Assembly (NCBI GenBank): GCA_021373115.1
Contig: JAJFTI010000002.1
Span: 25,868-89,867 of the forward strand
Direction: 5' to 3'
Length of the DNA: 64,000 nucleotides
Origin: Eubacteriales bacterium
Lineage (GTDB): Bacteria; Bacillota; Clostridia; Christensenellales; CAG-138
Position 1 is the stretch's first letter, and every line of letters begins with the position of its first letter. The notes under the pieces are model-generated. The model was not told the DNA's origin. It ran no database searches and saw nothing but the letters and a program-made list of their open reading frames with translations. This document shows, piece by piece, positions 9,220 through 18,406 of this stretch. The position numbers and the translations under genes are program-made.

Positions 9220-10362
9220 CTAGAATGTGATGTAGTCGCAGCGGATGGCGAACATGTTTTCAAACGTGTATCCGCTGAACACGAAATGGGTCACATATAC
9301 CGTTTCGCCGTCCGCGGCTTCATTCAGGCAGGCGGTCATTTTTTCCATGTCGCAGCGTCCGTCGTCCGGCATCCCGCGGTCGATCCAGCCGATGGCATAG
9401 TCGGTGCAGGCTTCGATCATCGCCATATTGACCGCCACCGGCCAGGTGGAGATGCGTCCCGTCATCCCGTAGGAAGCGACGCTCTTTTGAATCTCGCCGA
9501 TGATATAGGGAATGTCGCTGGACTTGTCTTCCGGAATCTGAATGCCCAACGCGTTTGGGAACCCGTCCAGAGGGGACTCGCCGCAGGACTGCGGGAAGAT
9601 CGCGCCGCCTTCGCAGATCGCCTTGATCAGCGGCTCCTGCATGGTGGTATTGGTTGCGTAAAAAGCGGTGTCCTTGCCGTATTTTTCGATTTCGCGGGGA
9701 ACGTCCTCCAGAATGAACTGCTGTGTGCCGGAAAATCCGGCGTCGCCCTGCGGGTCGGGAGCGGTGACGTCCACAAAGGTGATCCCCAGCTTTTCGCAAT
9801 TCGCTTTGAGCAGGTCGTGCCGCGCGGCAATGGCGACCATGCTCATATGCCGCGGAAACGAGTAGTGGATGAAGGTCTTTGCGCCGAGCTCTGCCGCCTG
9901 TGCGGGGAGCATGTTGCCTACGCCTTCGATCTCGTCGCAGGCGAGGATGACGTCCGCGACCTGAGCCTGCATGGACGGATCCTCGCCGGGGGTGGTGAAC
10001 AGCACGAGCAGGTCCGGATTGATCTCGCGCGCTTTCTTTATGGCCGCCGTCGCGCCGGTGATGGACTGGTCGAATACCAGCGCTTTGACGTCCGGATCGG
10101 AAACCAGGTTGAGCACATCGGAAATGGTGGTTTCCACTTCCTTGGCGAAGTTATCCGGGTAGGTGGCGACAACGACACGATCGCCGTATTCTTTCTTCAT
10201 GAGCATTGCGCCCTGATAGTTCTCCTCGCCCTGCGACACGGTGGAGGTGATGATTGCCACCTTCCCGGCGCCGGCGCCCGCTTGATCCTTGGCGGCGGAG
10301 CCGCAGCCGGAGAGCGAAATGAGCAGGATTGCCGCCAATAAAAAACACACCGCTTTTTTCAT
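9220..10362 (-). CDS. DUF3798-type periplasmic-binding-fold lipoprotein (putative ABC substrate-binding protein)
   Basis: MKKAVCFLLAAILLISLSGC lipobox. VAIITSTVSQGEENYQGAMLMKKEYG..ATYPDNFAKEVETTISDVLNLVSDPDVKALV resembles DUF3798 proteins as I remember them. GGGAGG RBS. Confidence 0.75.
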   Translation of the reverse strand: MKKAVCFLLAAILLISLSGCGSAAKDQAGAGAGKVAIITSTVSQGEENYQGAMLMKKEYGDRVVVATYPDNFAKEVETTISDVLNLVSDPDVKALVFDQSITGATAAIKKAREINPDLLVLFTTPGEDPSMQAQVADVILACDEIEGVGNMLPAQAAELGAKTFIHYSFPRHMSMVAIAARHDLLKANCEKLGITFVDVTAPDPQGDAGFSGTQQFILEDVPREIEKYGKDTAFYATNTTMQEPLIKAICEGGAIFPQSCGESPLDGFPNALGIQIPEDKSSDIPYIIGEIQKSVASYGMTGRISTWPVAVNMAMIEACTDYAIGWIDRGMPDDGRCDMEKMTACLNEAADGETVYVTHFVFSGYTFENMFAIRCDYITF

Positions 10363-10421
10363 TCTTTACCTCCCAACTTTTGAACAACCAAAATACACGG
10401 TTGCCGGTACAGGAACCGCAA

Positions 10422-10449
10422 GAATGAAGCAGTGCTGTGAATTACTCAA
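10422..10449. promoter_or_regulatory. Shared motif copy 1 (candidate operator) GAATGAAGCAGTG-ctgtg-AATTACTCAA
   Basis: The 13-nt and 10-nt blocks are identical to 11551..11573. Lies at about +1 to +25 of the minus-strand promoter below. Confidence 0.5.
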
Positions 10450-10453
10450 ATAG

Positions 10454-10482
10454 TATATATCACACGCGCGGAACGCTGTCAA
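10454..10482 (-). promoter_or_regulatory. Promoter of the DUF3798 gene
   Basis: On the minus strand: TTGACA (complement of 10477-10482), 17 nt, TATATA (complement of 10454-10459). Confidence 0.55.
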
Positions 10483-10504
10483 TTGCCTGCGCCGGGGAAA
10501 CTAC

Positions 10505-10533
10505 TTGTGTACCGCGTGATAATCGACTATACT
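10505..10533 (+). promoter_or_regulatory. Possible promoter of the IclR gene
   Basis: TTGTGT, 17 nt, TATACT. This would leave only a short leader before GAGGTGG and ATG 10552. Confidence 0.4.
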
Positions 10534-10551
10534 CGGTTTGAGGTGGCGGGG

Positions 10552-11328
10552 ATGACAGAAAAAAACGGCCCGACCGTAAATGCGGTCGACAGAGCGCTGG
10601 GCATTATTGAAACGCTCTATGAATCCGGCGGCGAGATGGGGATTGCGGATATCGCGCGGAAAACGGGGGAATACCAGAGCACGATCTTTCGCACACTGAT
10701 TACGCTGCAGGCGCGGGGATTTGTTTACCAGAACTCGGCAAACAGCAAATACGGGCTGGGCATGAAGCTTTTCAGCATCGGCATGGGCGTGCGGGGCGGA
10801 ATGGTGATTGTTCGAGTCGTGGAGCCATTTGCAAAGCGTCTCTGCGAGGAGATTGGCGAAACCATCAATGTTTCCGTTCGGGACGACCAGAAGACGGACG
10901 AGTATTACAGCCTCCTCGTACATCAGGAGGTCAAGAAAGGCCAAGCGCTCGGCGTCAGCCAGAACCTTGGCAGCAGCACGCTTTGCTATTATTCCGCGGT
11001 AGGGAAAGCGCTTCTTGCCTATTCGGAGGATTTAAATCCGGAGCGCGTAAGGCGCGGGGAATTTTTAAGCTTTACGGAACACTCGATTTCGGACCCGGAG
11101 ACGATGCTCAAGGAGCTGGAAACCATCCGCCGCCAGGGGTATGCGCTGGACAACGAGGAGCAGGAAAAGGGACTGTTCTGTGTAGCCTGCCCGGTTTTTG
11201 ACCGGCAGAACCGCATTCGGGCGGCCGTCAGCGTCAGCGGATACGTGGTGCGCATTCAAGAAATTGGTATCGAGAGCATTCTGCAGAAACTCCGGCCCGC
11301 CTGCAAAGAAATTGGCGTGCTGCTCTAA
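10552..11328 (+). CDS. IclR family transcriptional regulator
   Basis: N-terminal winged HTH (VNAVDRALGIIETLYESGGEMGIADIARKTGEYQSTIFRTLITL) plus an IclR effector domain. Start ATG 10552 follows GAGGTGG. Confidence 0.9.
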   Translation: MTEKNGPTVNAVDRALGIIETLYESGGEMGIADIARKTGEYQSTIFRTLITLQARGFVYQNSANSKYGLGMKLFSIGMGVRGGMVIVRVVEPFAKRLCEEIGETINVSVRDDQKTDEYYSLLVHQEVKKGQALGVSQNLGSSTLCYYSAVGKALLAYSEDLNPERVRRGEFLSFTEHSISDPETMLKELETIRRQGYALDNEEQEKGLFCVACPVFDRQNRIRAAVSVSGYVVRIQEIGIESILQKLRPACKEIGVLL

Positions 11329-11476
11329 AAAACAAAGAACGGAAAGAGCGGATACGGCGACGTATGCGCTTTTTTTATACCTGGCGGAGCCGCATCCGGC
11401 GGGTGCGGGGGAGCACGGTAAACCCCGCGAGTAATACGGAAGGTTGGAAATTCTGCAAAAAAAATGAAACAACCTG

Positions 11477-11505
11477 TTGACGCGGCTTTTCTGCGGTGGT
11501 ATATT
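11477..11505 (+). promoter_or_regulatory. Promoter of the aminotransferase operon
   Basis: TTGACG, 17 nt, TATATT, with TGg immediately upstream of the -10 (extended -10 type). Confidence 0.6.
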
Positions 11506-11519
11506 CTAGGCAATTAAAA

Positions 11520-11603
11520 CAGAACGGCATTCTGCTGAATAGAATTGCTTGAATGAAGCAGTGAATTACTCAACCTGCAAACCGCCGTTCTGGATTCCTT
11601 TTT
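11520..11603 (+). promoter_or_regulatory. Leader hairpin followed by a U-run (candidate attenuator)
   Basis: CAGAACGGC (11520-11528) pairs with GCCGTTCTG (11584-11592). Inner helix ATTCTGCT/AGCA(gt)GAAT. A TTTTT run ends at 11603. About 210 nt of leader remain before ATG 11815. Confidence 0.4.
11551..11573. promoter_or_regulatory. Shared motif copy 2 GAATGAAGCAGTGAATTACTCAA
   Basis: Identical to copy 1 except for the 5-nt insert. Lies about 40 nt downstream of the 11477 promoter, inside the leader hairpin. Confidence 0.5.
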
Positions 11604-11814
11604 GAATGAGCCATCGAACGATGGAATATTTCTTGTTCTATAAATTCGCACAATCGATTTCAGAAGGAAAAGCGACCGCGACTGCGGCAGAAAAGGCGGC
11701 CGGAAGCGGCCGGACAAACGGTTCATCACGCCGGCGCGAACGTTCCGGCATGGAGAAAACGGGTACGACTACACCGCGCGGGACAACCGGCGGGGGCAAA
11801 AGGAGCAAAGCACT

Positions 11815-13008
11815 ATGATATTGGCCGAGAGGATGCAGCGCGTGAAAGGATCGGAAATCCGGAGCGTGGGAAAGAAGATTGCCGCGCGGAATTCCGCCGA
11901 CCTGATCAAACTGTCCGCCGGAATACCGGATGAGGCGCTGTTTCCCGCAGAAGAGCTGAAAGCGGCTACGCTGCCGCTGTTTGACGAACCGCTGCTGCCA
12001 TCGCTGCAATACGGGCTGACTAAAGGCGACACGCGCCTGATCCATCTAATCGCCGAACGGATGAAACAGGCCGAGCGGATGGAAATCCCGGAGAAGAACA
12101 TTCTCATTACGACAGGCTGTCAGCAGGGCATCTCCCTCAGCAGCGTGGCGCTGCTGGACAGGGGGGACGTTGTCCTCGTTGAAAAACCAACTTATATGGA
12201 CGGTCTTAACGCGAGCATTCCCTACGAATGCCGGTTTATCGGGGTAGAAACGGATGACGACGGTATGGTGGCCGAGGCGCTGGAAACAGCGCAGCGAACA
12301 ATTCCGCGCGTCAAGATGATCTACGTGATCCCGAATTTCCAGAACCCGACCGGCAAGGCGTGGCCGCTGAAACGCCGGCGCGAGTTCATGGATGTGGTTC
12401 AAAAATTTCCGGATCTGATGGTCGTTGAGGACAACCCCTATGGCGAGCTTCGTTTCCGCGGCGAGTTCATTCCTTCGCTCAAGTCGTTTGATACGCTGGG
12501 GCAAGTGATCTATCTTGGATCGTTCTCCAAGGTGCTCAGCCCGGGGCTTCGCGTGGCATGGGTGGTTGCGCATGACGACCTGATTGAAAAACTGGAGATT
12601 CTGAAAGAGGGGTTCGACCTGCAGTCCAACCAGTTTGCGCAGTCGCAGGTGGTCAACTACCTGCTGCAGAACGACCTTACCGCGCATGTGGAGAAGCTCC
12701 GCGCGGCATATAAGGAAAAGTGCGACACCATGCTGCGGGAGATCAAGCGCACATTCCCGCCGGAGGCGAAGGTGATCGAACCCGACGGCGGCATGTTCAT
12801 CTGGGTGAGTCTGCCGGAGTATATTAACACGAGCGATATGCTCGCGGAGGCGCTGGACGCGGGCGTTTCGTACATTCCGGGCATCTCATTTTTTGCCGAC
12901 GGACGGGGAACCAACGGCCTGCGGCTGAATTTCACTTCAAACTCCTGCGAGCGGATCAAGCTGGGGATAGAACGTCTCGCGGGCGTTGTAAAGAAAAACA
13001 TCCGCTGA
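11815..13008 (+). CDS. PLP-dependent aminotransferase (class I/II fold, 2-aminoadipate/aromatic aminotransferase-like)
   Basis: NFQNPTG, EDNPYGELRF and the PLP-lysine block SFSKVLSPGLRVAWVV. AAAGGAG RBS. Confidence 0.9.
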   Translation: MILAERMQRVKGSEIRSVGKKIAARNSADLIKLSAGIPDEALFPAEELKAATLPLFDEPLLPSLQYGLTKGDTRLIHLIAERMKQAERMEIPEKNILITTGCQQGISLSSVALLDRGDVVLVEKPTYMDGLNASIPYECRFIGVETDDDGMVAEALETAQRTIPRVKMIYVIPNFQNPTGKAWPLKRRREFMDVVQKFPDLMVVEDNPYGELRFRGEFIPSLKSFDTLGQVIYLGSFSKVLSPGLRVAWVVAHDDLIEKLEILKEGFDLQSNQFAQSQVVNYLLQNDLTAHVEKLRAAYKEKCDTMLREIKRTFPPEAKVIEPDGGMFIWVSLPEYINTSDMLAEALDAGVSYIPGISFFADGRGTNGLRLNFTSNSCERIKLGIERLAGVVKKNIR

Positions 13009-13075
13009 GCGAGCATTGGCAAGGTTCACGGACGGAACAGAACAGACGCAACGGAAAGGCCGGGTATTCAGAACG

Positions 13076-14242
13076 ATGAAAGAACGCATCAAGACGACCA
13101 TCCAGGCGATGGCTCCGGAGCTGACCGAGCTGGCCAAATGGATTTACGCCCATCCGGAAATTGCGAACGAAGAGTTTGAATCTTCGAAGAAAGTAATGGA
13201 ATTTCTGGCGCGCGCGGGGTTTGTGATTACGCCGGATTTTGCGGGACTGCCGACGGCGTTCAAGGCCGTTTGCAAGAACGGGGATGGCCCGAAGGTTGCC
13301 ATCATGGCGGAGTACGACGCGCTGCCCGGCCTCGGCCATGGCTGCGGGCATCATCTGATCGCCGCGATGGGCGCGGGCGCGGGCGTCACGCTGGCAAGCG
13401 CGCTGGGTGACAGGGCGGGGGAGATCGCCGTATTCGGTACGCCGGCGGAGGAGACGGGGGACGGGAAGTCCGCCCTTGCCAAAGCGGGCGCGTTTGACGA
13501 CTACGATATCGGAATCATCATGCATCCCTGCTCGATTCACTATACGTCGCCGGTCATACTCGCCATCAGCGCGTATGAGTTTACGTTTGCCGGCCGGGCG
13601 AGCCACGCGGGCGCGCGGCCGTACGAGGGCGTTAACGCGCTGGACGCGGTGGCGCTGATGTACAATGCGGTGGGCTTGATGCGCCAGCAGCTGAGGGACG
13701 GCACTCGCGTTGCGGGTATCGTTGTAAACGGCGGGGACGTGACCAACGTAATTCCGGGGCGCTGTACCGTCCGCTACGAAGTGCGTACAAAAAAGCTCGA
13801 GTATTTCCATACCGTCGTCGACCGCCTGGTGAACTGCGCCAAAGGCGCCGCGCTCGCAACCGGCTGCACGGTGGAACACACCCAGTGCGAACCGCTCTGC
13901 ATGCCGCTGGAAGAAAGCCCGCTGCTCGCGGCGGAGTATCAAAAATTGCTTGGCGAATACGGCTTGTTTGAGGAAGGCGAGGATGTTATCGGTTCAACGG
14001 ACATGGGCGACGTGAGCCGGATTATTCCGTCGCTGCATCCTTTTTTCAAGGTATCCACCAACTTCGAACTGCCGCATACGGAGGAATTCCTGCGCGCGGT
14101 CAACGAGCCCTATGCGTATACGCAGATGCTGCTCGGCACGGAACTTCTCGCAAGGCTCGGCCTCACCGTGTTCGAGGACGAACCACTGCTGAAAAAACTC
14201 CGCGCGGAGAAAACACAGAAGGCGGCGCAGAATAAAGCGTAG
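13076..14242 (+). CDS. M20 family metallohydrolase (amidohydrolase/dipeptidase, PM20D2/AbgB-like)
   Basis: N-terminus ..LTELAKWIYAHPEIANEEFESS.., GHGCGHHLIAA and GTPAEE blocks. ATG 13076 chosen over TTG 13016. Confidence 0.85.
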   Translation: MKERIKTTIQAMAPELTELAKWIYAHPEIANEEFESSKKVMEFLARAGFVITPDFAGLPTAFKAVCKNGDGPKVAIMAEYDALPGLGHGCGHHLIAAMGAGAGVTLASALGDRAGEIAVFGTPAEETGDGKSALAKAGAFDDYDIGIIMHPCSIHYTSPVILAISAYEFTFAGRASHAGARPYEGVNALDAVALMYNAVGLMRQQLRDGTRVAGIVVNGGDVTNVIPGRCTVRYEVRTKKLEYFHTVVDRLVNCAKGAALATGCTVEHTQCEPLCMPLEESPLLAAEYQKLLGEYGLFEEGEDVIGSTDMGDVSRIIPSLHPFFKVSTNFELPHTEEFLRAVNEPYAYTQMLLGTELLARLGLTVFEDEPLLKKLRAEKTQKAAQNKA

Positions 14243-14359
14243 GCCGTATCCGCGTTCTTTTGCAGCAAAGACAGCTGCTATTATTCAAACAATCCAAGTC
14301 GCAGAAAAAACCGCGCGGCGGAAAAAAGAAAAGTGAAATTGGGAAGATAGGTGTATTCC

Positions 14360-15658
14360 ATGGAAAAAATCGGGAAAAAGGTTGGCAAACTGTCCATTTT
14401 TCTCTCGCTGGCGAGCGTGAGCATGGTTTTTGCCGTCATGTACAGCATTCCGTACGTCAAGTCCGTGTTCTACGACGGCATGCTGGCAATCACCGGCGTG
14501 AGCAATGCCGAACTCGGTGTTCTGATGACGATTTACGGCCTTGGCGAAGTGTTCACGCCCGGTATCGGCGGTATCCTAGCCAGCAAGTACGACCATAAAA
14601 TCATCATTCTGATCTCCTCGATCGGCACGGCGGTCGCCTGTGCATTGATGGCGCTGTTTCCGTCGTTTGCTATGGCGCTCGTCGTTTGGACCATTCTGGT
14701 CTTTTCGACGCTGTTCATGGTCTGGGGAACACTCTTTAAGGCGATCCGCCTGATCGTTTCGGACGAGGAACAGGGCAAGATATCCGGCTATTTCGGCGGG
14801 TTCATCGGCGTTTGCTATCTGGTTGTCAACGGGCTTTGCCTCGTGATTTACAGCATGGTCGGCGGGGAAAACGCGATTCTCGGCATGAAGGGCGTGTTCT
14901 ACGCGCTGGCGGCCATGATGGTGCTGTTCTCGGTTCTTTGCTACTTTGCGCTCAAGAGGACCGGTGTCAACAATCCAACCGCCGTGGAAGAAATGAAAAA
15001 AGACACCGAGACGAAACTCTCGTTCTGGAATGAACTCAAGGCCGTTATGAAGTATCCCGGCGTGTGGTACTTTGGCGGTACGCTCTTCTGCGTATATTCC
15101 ACCAACATTGCCATTCAGTACTTTACGCCGTATTTCACCAGCGTTCTGCAGGCGGCGGCGGTGTTCAGCGGCGTGATCGCCATTGTCCGCTCCTACGGCA
15201 TGCGTCTACTCGGCTCCCCGACCGGCGGATTCCTGGCGGGCAAGCTCAAATCGGTATCCAACGCGATTATCATTGCGTTTATCGGAACGGGGCTGAGCAT
15301 CCTCGCGGTGCTGCTGCTGCCGGATAACTTCACCTCCATCGGCATTCTCATTGCGCTGGTGCTGCTCGCGTCCTTCTTCAACAATGTTGGGAATGGAATT
15401 GAGTATGCAATTCCAACGGAAGGCCGCGTCCCGGTTAAATACCACGCGGCGGCCATCGGCTTTGGCAGCGCTCTCGGTTTTGCGCCGGACCTGTTTGAGC
15501 ATGTGCTCTTCGGCCACTGGATCGATAAGTTCGGCGCGGACGGCTACACCTACATCTTCATCTATGGCGTAGCGGCCGCGGTTGCCGGAATTGCGCTTTT
15601 GATCAAGTACAACGCGGACAAGAGACGCCTTGCTGCGGCTGCGTCGAGCGCGGCCTAA
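14360..15658 (+). CDS. MFS transporter
   Basis: About 12 predicted hydrophobic helices arranged 6+6 around a charged central loop (..KRTGVNNPTAVEEMKKDTETK..). ATG 14360 preferred over GTG 14351. Confidence 0.75.
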   Translation: MEKIGKKVGKLSIFLSLASVSMVFAVMYSIPYVKSVFYDGMLAITGVSNAELGVLMTIYGLGEVFTPGIGGILASKYDHKIIILISSIGTAVACALMALFPSFAMALVVWTILVFSTLFMVWGTLFKAIRLIVSDEEQGKISGYFGGFIGVCYLVVNGLCLVIYSMVGGENAILGMKGVFYALAAMMVLFSVLCYFALKRTGVNNPTAVEEMKKDTETKLSFWNELKAVMKYPGVWYFGGTLFCVYSTNIAIQYFTPYFTSVLQAAAVFSGVIAIVRSYGMRLLGSPTGGFLAGKLKSVSNAIIIAFIGTGLSILAVLLLPDNFTSIGILIALVLLASFFNNVGNGIEYAIPTEGRVPVKYHAAAIGFGSALGFAPDLFEHVLFGHWIDKFGADGYTYIFIYGVAAAVAGIALLIKYNADKRRLAAAASSAA

Positions 15659-15680
15659 ACAAGCGATGCAATCGGAGACA

Positions 15681-15878
15681 ATGGAAAAGGTCAAGGTAAA
15701 CGAAGAACGCTGCAAGGGCTGTTACCTTTGCATTGCCAGCTGCAGGAAAGGCGCGATCCGTCTCTCCGGCAGAACGAACAAAAGGGGAATCGTAACCGTA
15801 GCGGTGGATCAGGCGCTCTGCGTCCAGTGCGGCGTCTGCTACACCATGTGCCCGGATCTCGTATTCGAGATTCTCTGA
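15681..15878 (+). CDS. 2-oxoacid:ferredoxin oxidoreductase delta subunit (2x[4Fe-4S] ferredoxin)
   Basis: Two cluster motifs, CKGCYLCIASC and CVQCGVCYTMCP, in 65 aa. GGAG before ATG 15681. Confidence 0.8.
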   Translation: MEKVKVNEERCKGCYLCIASCRKGAIRLSGRTNKRGIVTVAVDQALCVQCGVCYTMCPDLVFEIL

Positions 15879-16030
15879 GGGCTGAATCCAATTCACACAT
15901 CCATCATTTACCGCGCAGGGGACGGTGAAACCGTTCCGGGGCTTTGATTTCGGAGCGGGCGGCGCCGTTTCCTGCGCGATTTTTCTGCCTTTTCGTCGAG
16001 AACAAACGCCCGGTAACGGAGGTTATATCA

Positions 16031-17107
16031 ATGGAAACAATGCTGTTAAAAGGAAATGAGGCACTTGCCGAAGGCGCGGTGCGCGGCGGCTGCCGGTTCT
16101 ATGCCGGATACCCGATCACGCCGCAATCCGAAATACTGGAGTATATGAGCTGGCGGCAAAACGAAGTGGGCGGCTCGTTTATTCAGGGTGAATCGGAAAT
16201 TGCGAGCGTGAATATGGTGTTTGCGGCAACCGCGCTCGGCGCGCGCGCGCTGACTTCGTCCTCCGGGCCCGGCTTTTCGCTCAAACAGGAGGGAATCGCC
16301 TATTGGGTCTCCGCCGGAATGCCTGCGGTCGTTGCCTGTGTTTCGCGCTATGGCATTGGCGACGGGTTCATCGGCCCCGGCCAGGACAACTACTGGCAGG
16401 CCGTCAAGGGCGGCGGGAACGGGGACTATCACCTGCTTGTTCTCGCGCCGAACAGCGTCCAGGAAAACATGGACATGGCCTACGAATCCTTCGAGCTGGC
16501 CGAAAAATATATGCATCCCGTACTGATCCTATCGGATGCGACGATCGGGCAGATGCTTGAACCCTGTACGGCTCCGCCCATGAAGGAGTACGACAAGGAC
16601 AAGGCGCCCTGGGCGCTGAAAGGTACGCCGATCGGTCAAAAAAACAAGGTCATTACGGACATGACCTATAACCAGGATATCGACGAGTGGAACCGGGACT
16701 ATATCCGCAAGATGCGCCTCATTATGGAAACCGAACAGCGCTGGGAGGAGATCTCCGTTCCGGATGCGGACGTCGTATTCGTTGCCTATGGCATTTCTTC
16801 GCGGATTGCCGAAGGTGCGGTGCGCCTTGGCCGCGAACGCGGGCTGAAACTCGGGCTGATTCGGCCGATTACGCTCTGGCCGTTCCCGAGAAAGGCGTTT
16901 GCGCGGCTGTCGGATTCCGTCAAAGGACTTGTTACCGTTGAGCTGAACATGATGGGGCAGATGCGCGAGGACGTGATACTGGCCAGCCACTGGCGCTGCC
17001 CGGCCTACTCGGTGACCACGGCGCAGCGGATACCGGAAGTGGAGCAGCTCGTCTGCTTTGCCGAGAGTGTTCTGAATGGCAGCGCGGTTGAAGAGGAGGT
17101 GTTTTAA
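16031..17107 (+). CDS. 2-oxoacid:ferredoxin oxidoreductase alpha subunit (KorA/VorB-like)
   Basis: LLKGNEALAEGAVRGGCRFYAGYPITPQSEI is the typical N-terminus of alpha subunits. GGAGG RBS before ATG 16031. Confidence 0.85.
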   Translation: METMLLKGNEALAEGAVRGGCRFYAGYPITPQSEILEYMSWRQNEVGGSFIQGESEIASVNMVFAATALGARALTSSSGPGFSLKQEGIAYWVSAGMPAVVACVSRYGIGDGFIGPGQDNYWQAVKGGGNGDYHLLVLAPNSVQENMDMAYESFELAEKYMHPVLILSDATIGQMLEPCTAPPMKEYDKDKAPWALKGTPIGQKNKVITDMTYNQDIDEWNRDYIRKMRLIMETEQRWEEISVPDADVVFVAYGISSRIAEGAVRLGRERGLKLGLIRPITLWPFPRKAFARLSDSVKGLVTVELNMMGQMREDVILASHWRCPAYSVTTAQRIPEVEQLVCFAESVLNGSAVEEEVF

Positions 17108-17109
17108 CA

Positions 17110-17832
17110 ATGGCGAAATCGGCACCCTCGATCATGAAATGCGAAAACATGTTCTGCGCAGGCTGCGGGCATTCGCTGTTTGATCGCCTGCTTGGCGAAG
17201 TGCTTACCGAAATGGATATTGTTGGCGAAAGCATCAGCTGTTCGGATATTGGCTGTAACCATATGTATCAATACTCCATGGCGGTTGATACGGTCGTCCC
17301 CCCCCACGGCAAGATGGGCGCGGCGATGGCGGCTATGAAGAAAGTGCGGCCGGACAAGTATATTTTTTCCATTGCGGGGGACGGCGGCGCCTACGCTATT
17401 GGCCTTGGAGAAACGCTCTCCGCCGCCACACGAAACGACAACGTGACTTTTTTTGTGATGAACAACACGGTCTATGCCATGACCGGCGGGCAGATGGCGC
17501 CGACAACCATGCCGGGGCAATACTCCTCCTCCAGCATAAAAGGCCGCACCGCGGAGGAGCACGGGCGGACGTTCGACGTCGTCAAGCTCATGCAGAACCT
17601 CGAGATCGCCTACCTCGCGCGCTGTACGGTGACGAATGCCGCCGAGATGGCGAAGACCAAACGCTGCATTAAAAAAGCGCTGGAAAAACAACGCGACGGC
17701 AAGGGCTTTTCACTGGTCGAGGTGCTTGTGCCCTGCCCGACCAACTGGGGACTGACCCCGCCGGAGGCTATGCGGCACATTGAGAATGATCTCGTGCCGT
17801 ACCTGCCGCTCGGCGAGTATATCGACCGTTAA
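17110..17832 (+). CDS. 2-oxoacid:ferredoxin oxidoreductase beta subunit (TPP-binding)
   Basis: CAGCGH cluster/TPP region and the GDGG..NN..Y.MTGGQ TPP motif (IAGDGGAYAIG...VMNNTVYAMTGGQ). Starts 2 nt after the alpha stop. Confidence 0.85.
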   Translation: MAKSAPSIMKCENMFCAGCGHSLFDRLLGEVLTEMDIVGESISCSDIGCNHMYQYSMAVDTVVPPHGKMGAAMAAMKKVRPDKYIFSIAGDGGAYAIGLGETLSAATRNDNVTFFVMNNTVYAMTGGQMAPTTMPGQYSSSSIKGRTAEEHGRTFDVVKLMQNLEIAYLARCTVTNAAEMAKTKRCIKKALEKQRDGKGFSLVEVLVPCPTNWGLTPPEAMRHIENDLVPYLPLGEYIDR

Positions 17833-17852
17833 CCGGGGAACGGAGAAAGAGA

Positions 17853-18392
17853 ATGCTGAACGAAATCATTTGCACGGGCTTTGGCGGGCAAGGCGTTTTA
17901 ACCGCAGGCAAGATTATTGTGTACGCTGCCTACAAAAAAGGGCTGAAGGTGACCTGGTTTCCTTCCTATGGGAATGAAATGCGCGGCGGCAGCGCAAACT
18001 GCAACGTCGTGCTCAGCGACCAGCGCATCGCTAGCCCGTATGTGAACCATCCGGACACGCTGATTGAGCTGAACTGCCCGGCGGTGGACCGCTTTGAACC
18101 GGCGATGAAACCCGGCGGGTACTTCTTTATTAATTCCTCGCTTCTAGATCCCGCGCGGGAGTTCCGCGGGGATATCACCGTTATTCGTACGCCGGTGACC
18201 GAGATTGCCCAGAACTTGAAAAATGAACATGCGGCAAATATCTGCATGCTGGGGCAGTGGGTCCGGGTTCTGGAGCAGTTCTCCAAAGACGAATTTTTAC
18301 GCTGCATGGGCGAGTACTTCGACCAGCTCGGCAAGGGAAAGTATAACGCGAGAAACGCCGAGGCGTTTGAAGCGGGGTACGCCTTCGTATAA
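17853..18392 (+). CDS. 2-oxoacid:ferredoxin oxidoreductase gamma subunit
   Basis: GFGGQGVLTAGKII..YGNEMRGG is the hallmark of gamma subunits. Confidence 0.85.
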   Translation: MLNEIICTGFGGQGVLTAGKIIVYAAYKKGLKVTWFPSYGNEMRGGSANCNVVLSDQRIASPYVNHPDTLIELNCPAVDRFEPAMKPGGYFFINSSLLDPAREFRGDITVIRTPVTEIAQNLKNEHAANICMLGQWVRVLEQFSKDEFLRCMGEYFDQLGKGKYNARNAEAFEAGYAFV

Positions 18393-18406
18393 GGAGGGAT
18401 CAAGGC

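Noticed and set aside
8152-10341. 729-aa plus-strand ORF, the longest in this part of the track
   Set aside because: It runs antisense to two well-supported minus-strand genes (CapA-like and the DUF3798 lipoprotein). It is Arg/Ala/Gly/His-rich with no motif and no RBS. This is typical of a stop-poor antisense frame in high-G+C DNA.
11506-11814. T-box leader before the aminotransferase operon
   Set aside because: No T-box core (..GGGTGGTACCGCG..) or specifier-loop architecture was recognisable. The region is kept only as a generic attenuator candidate.
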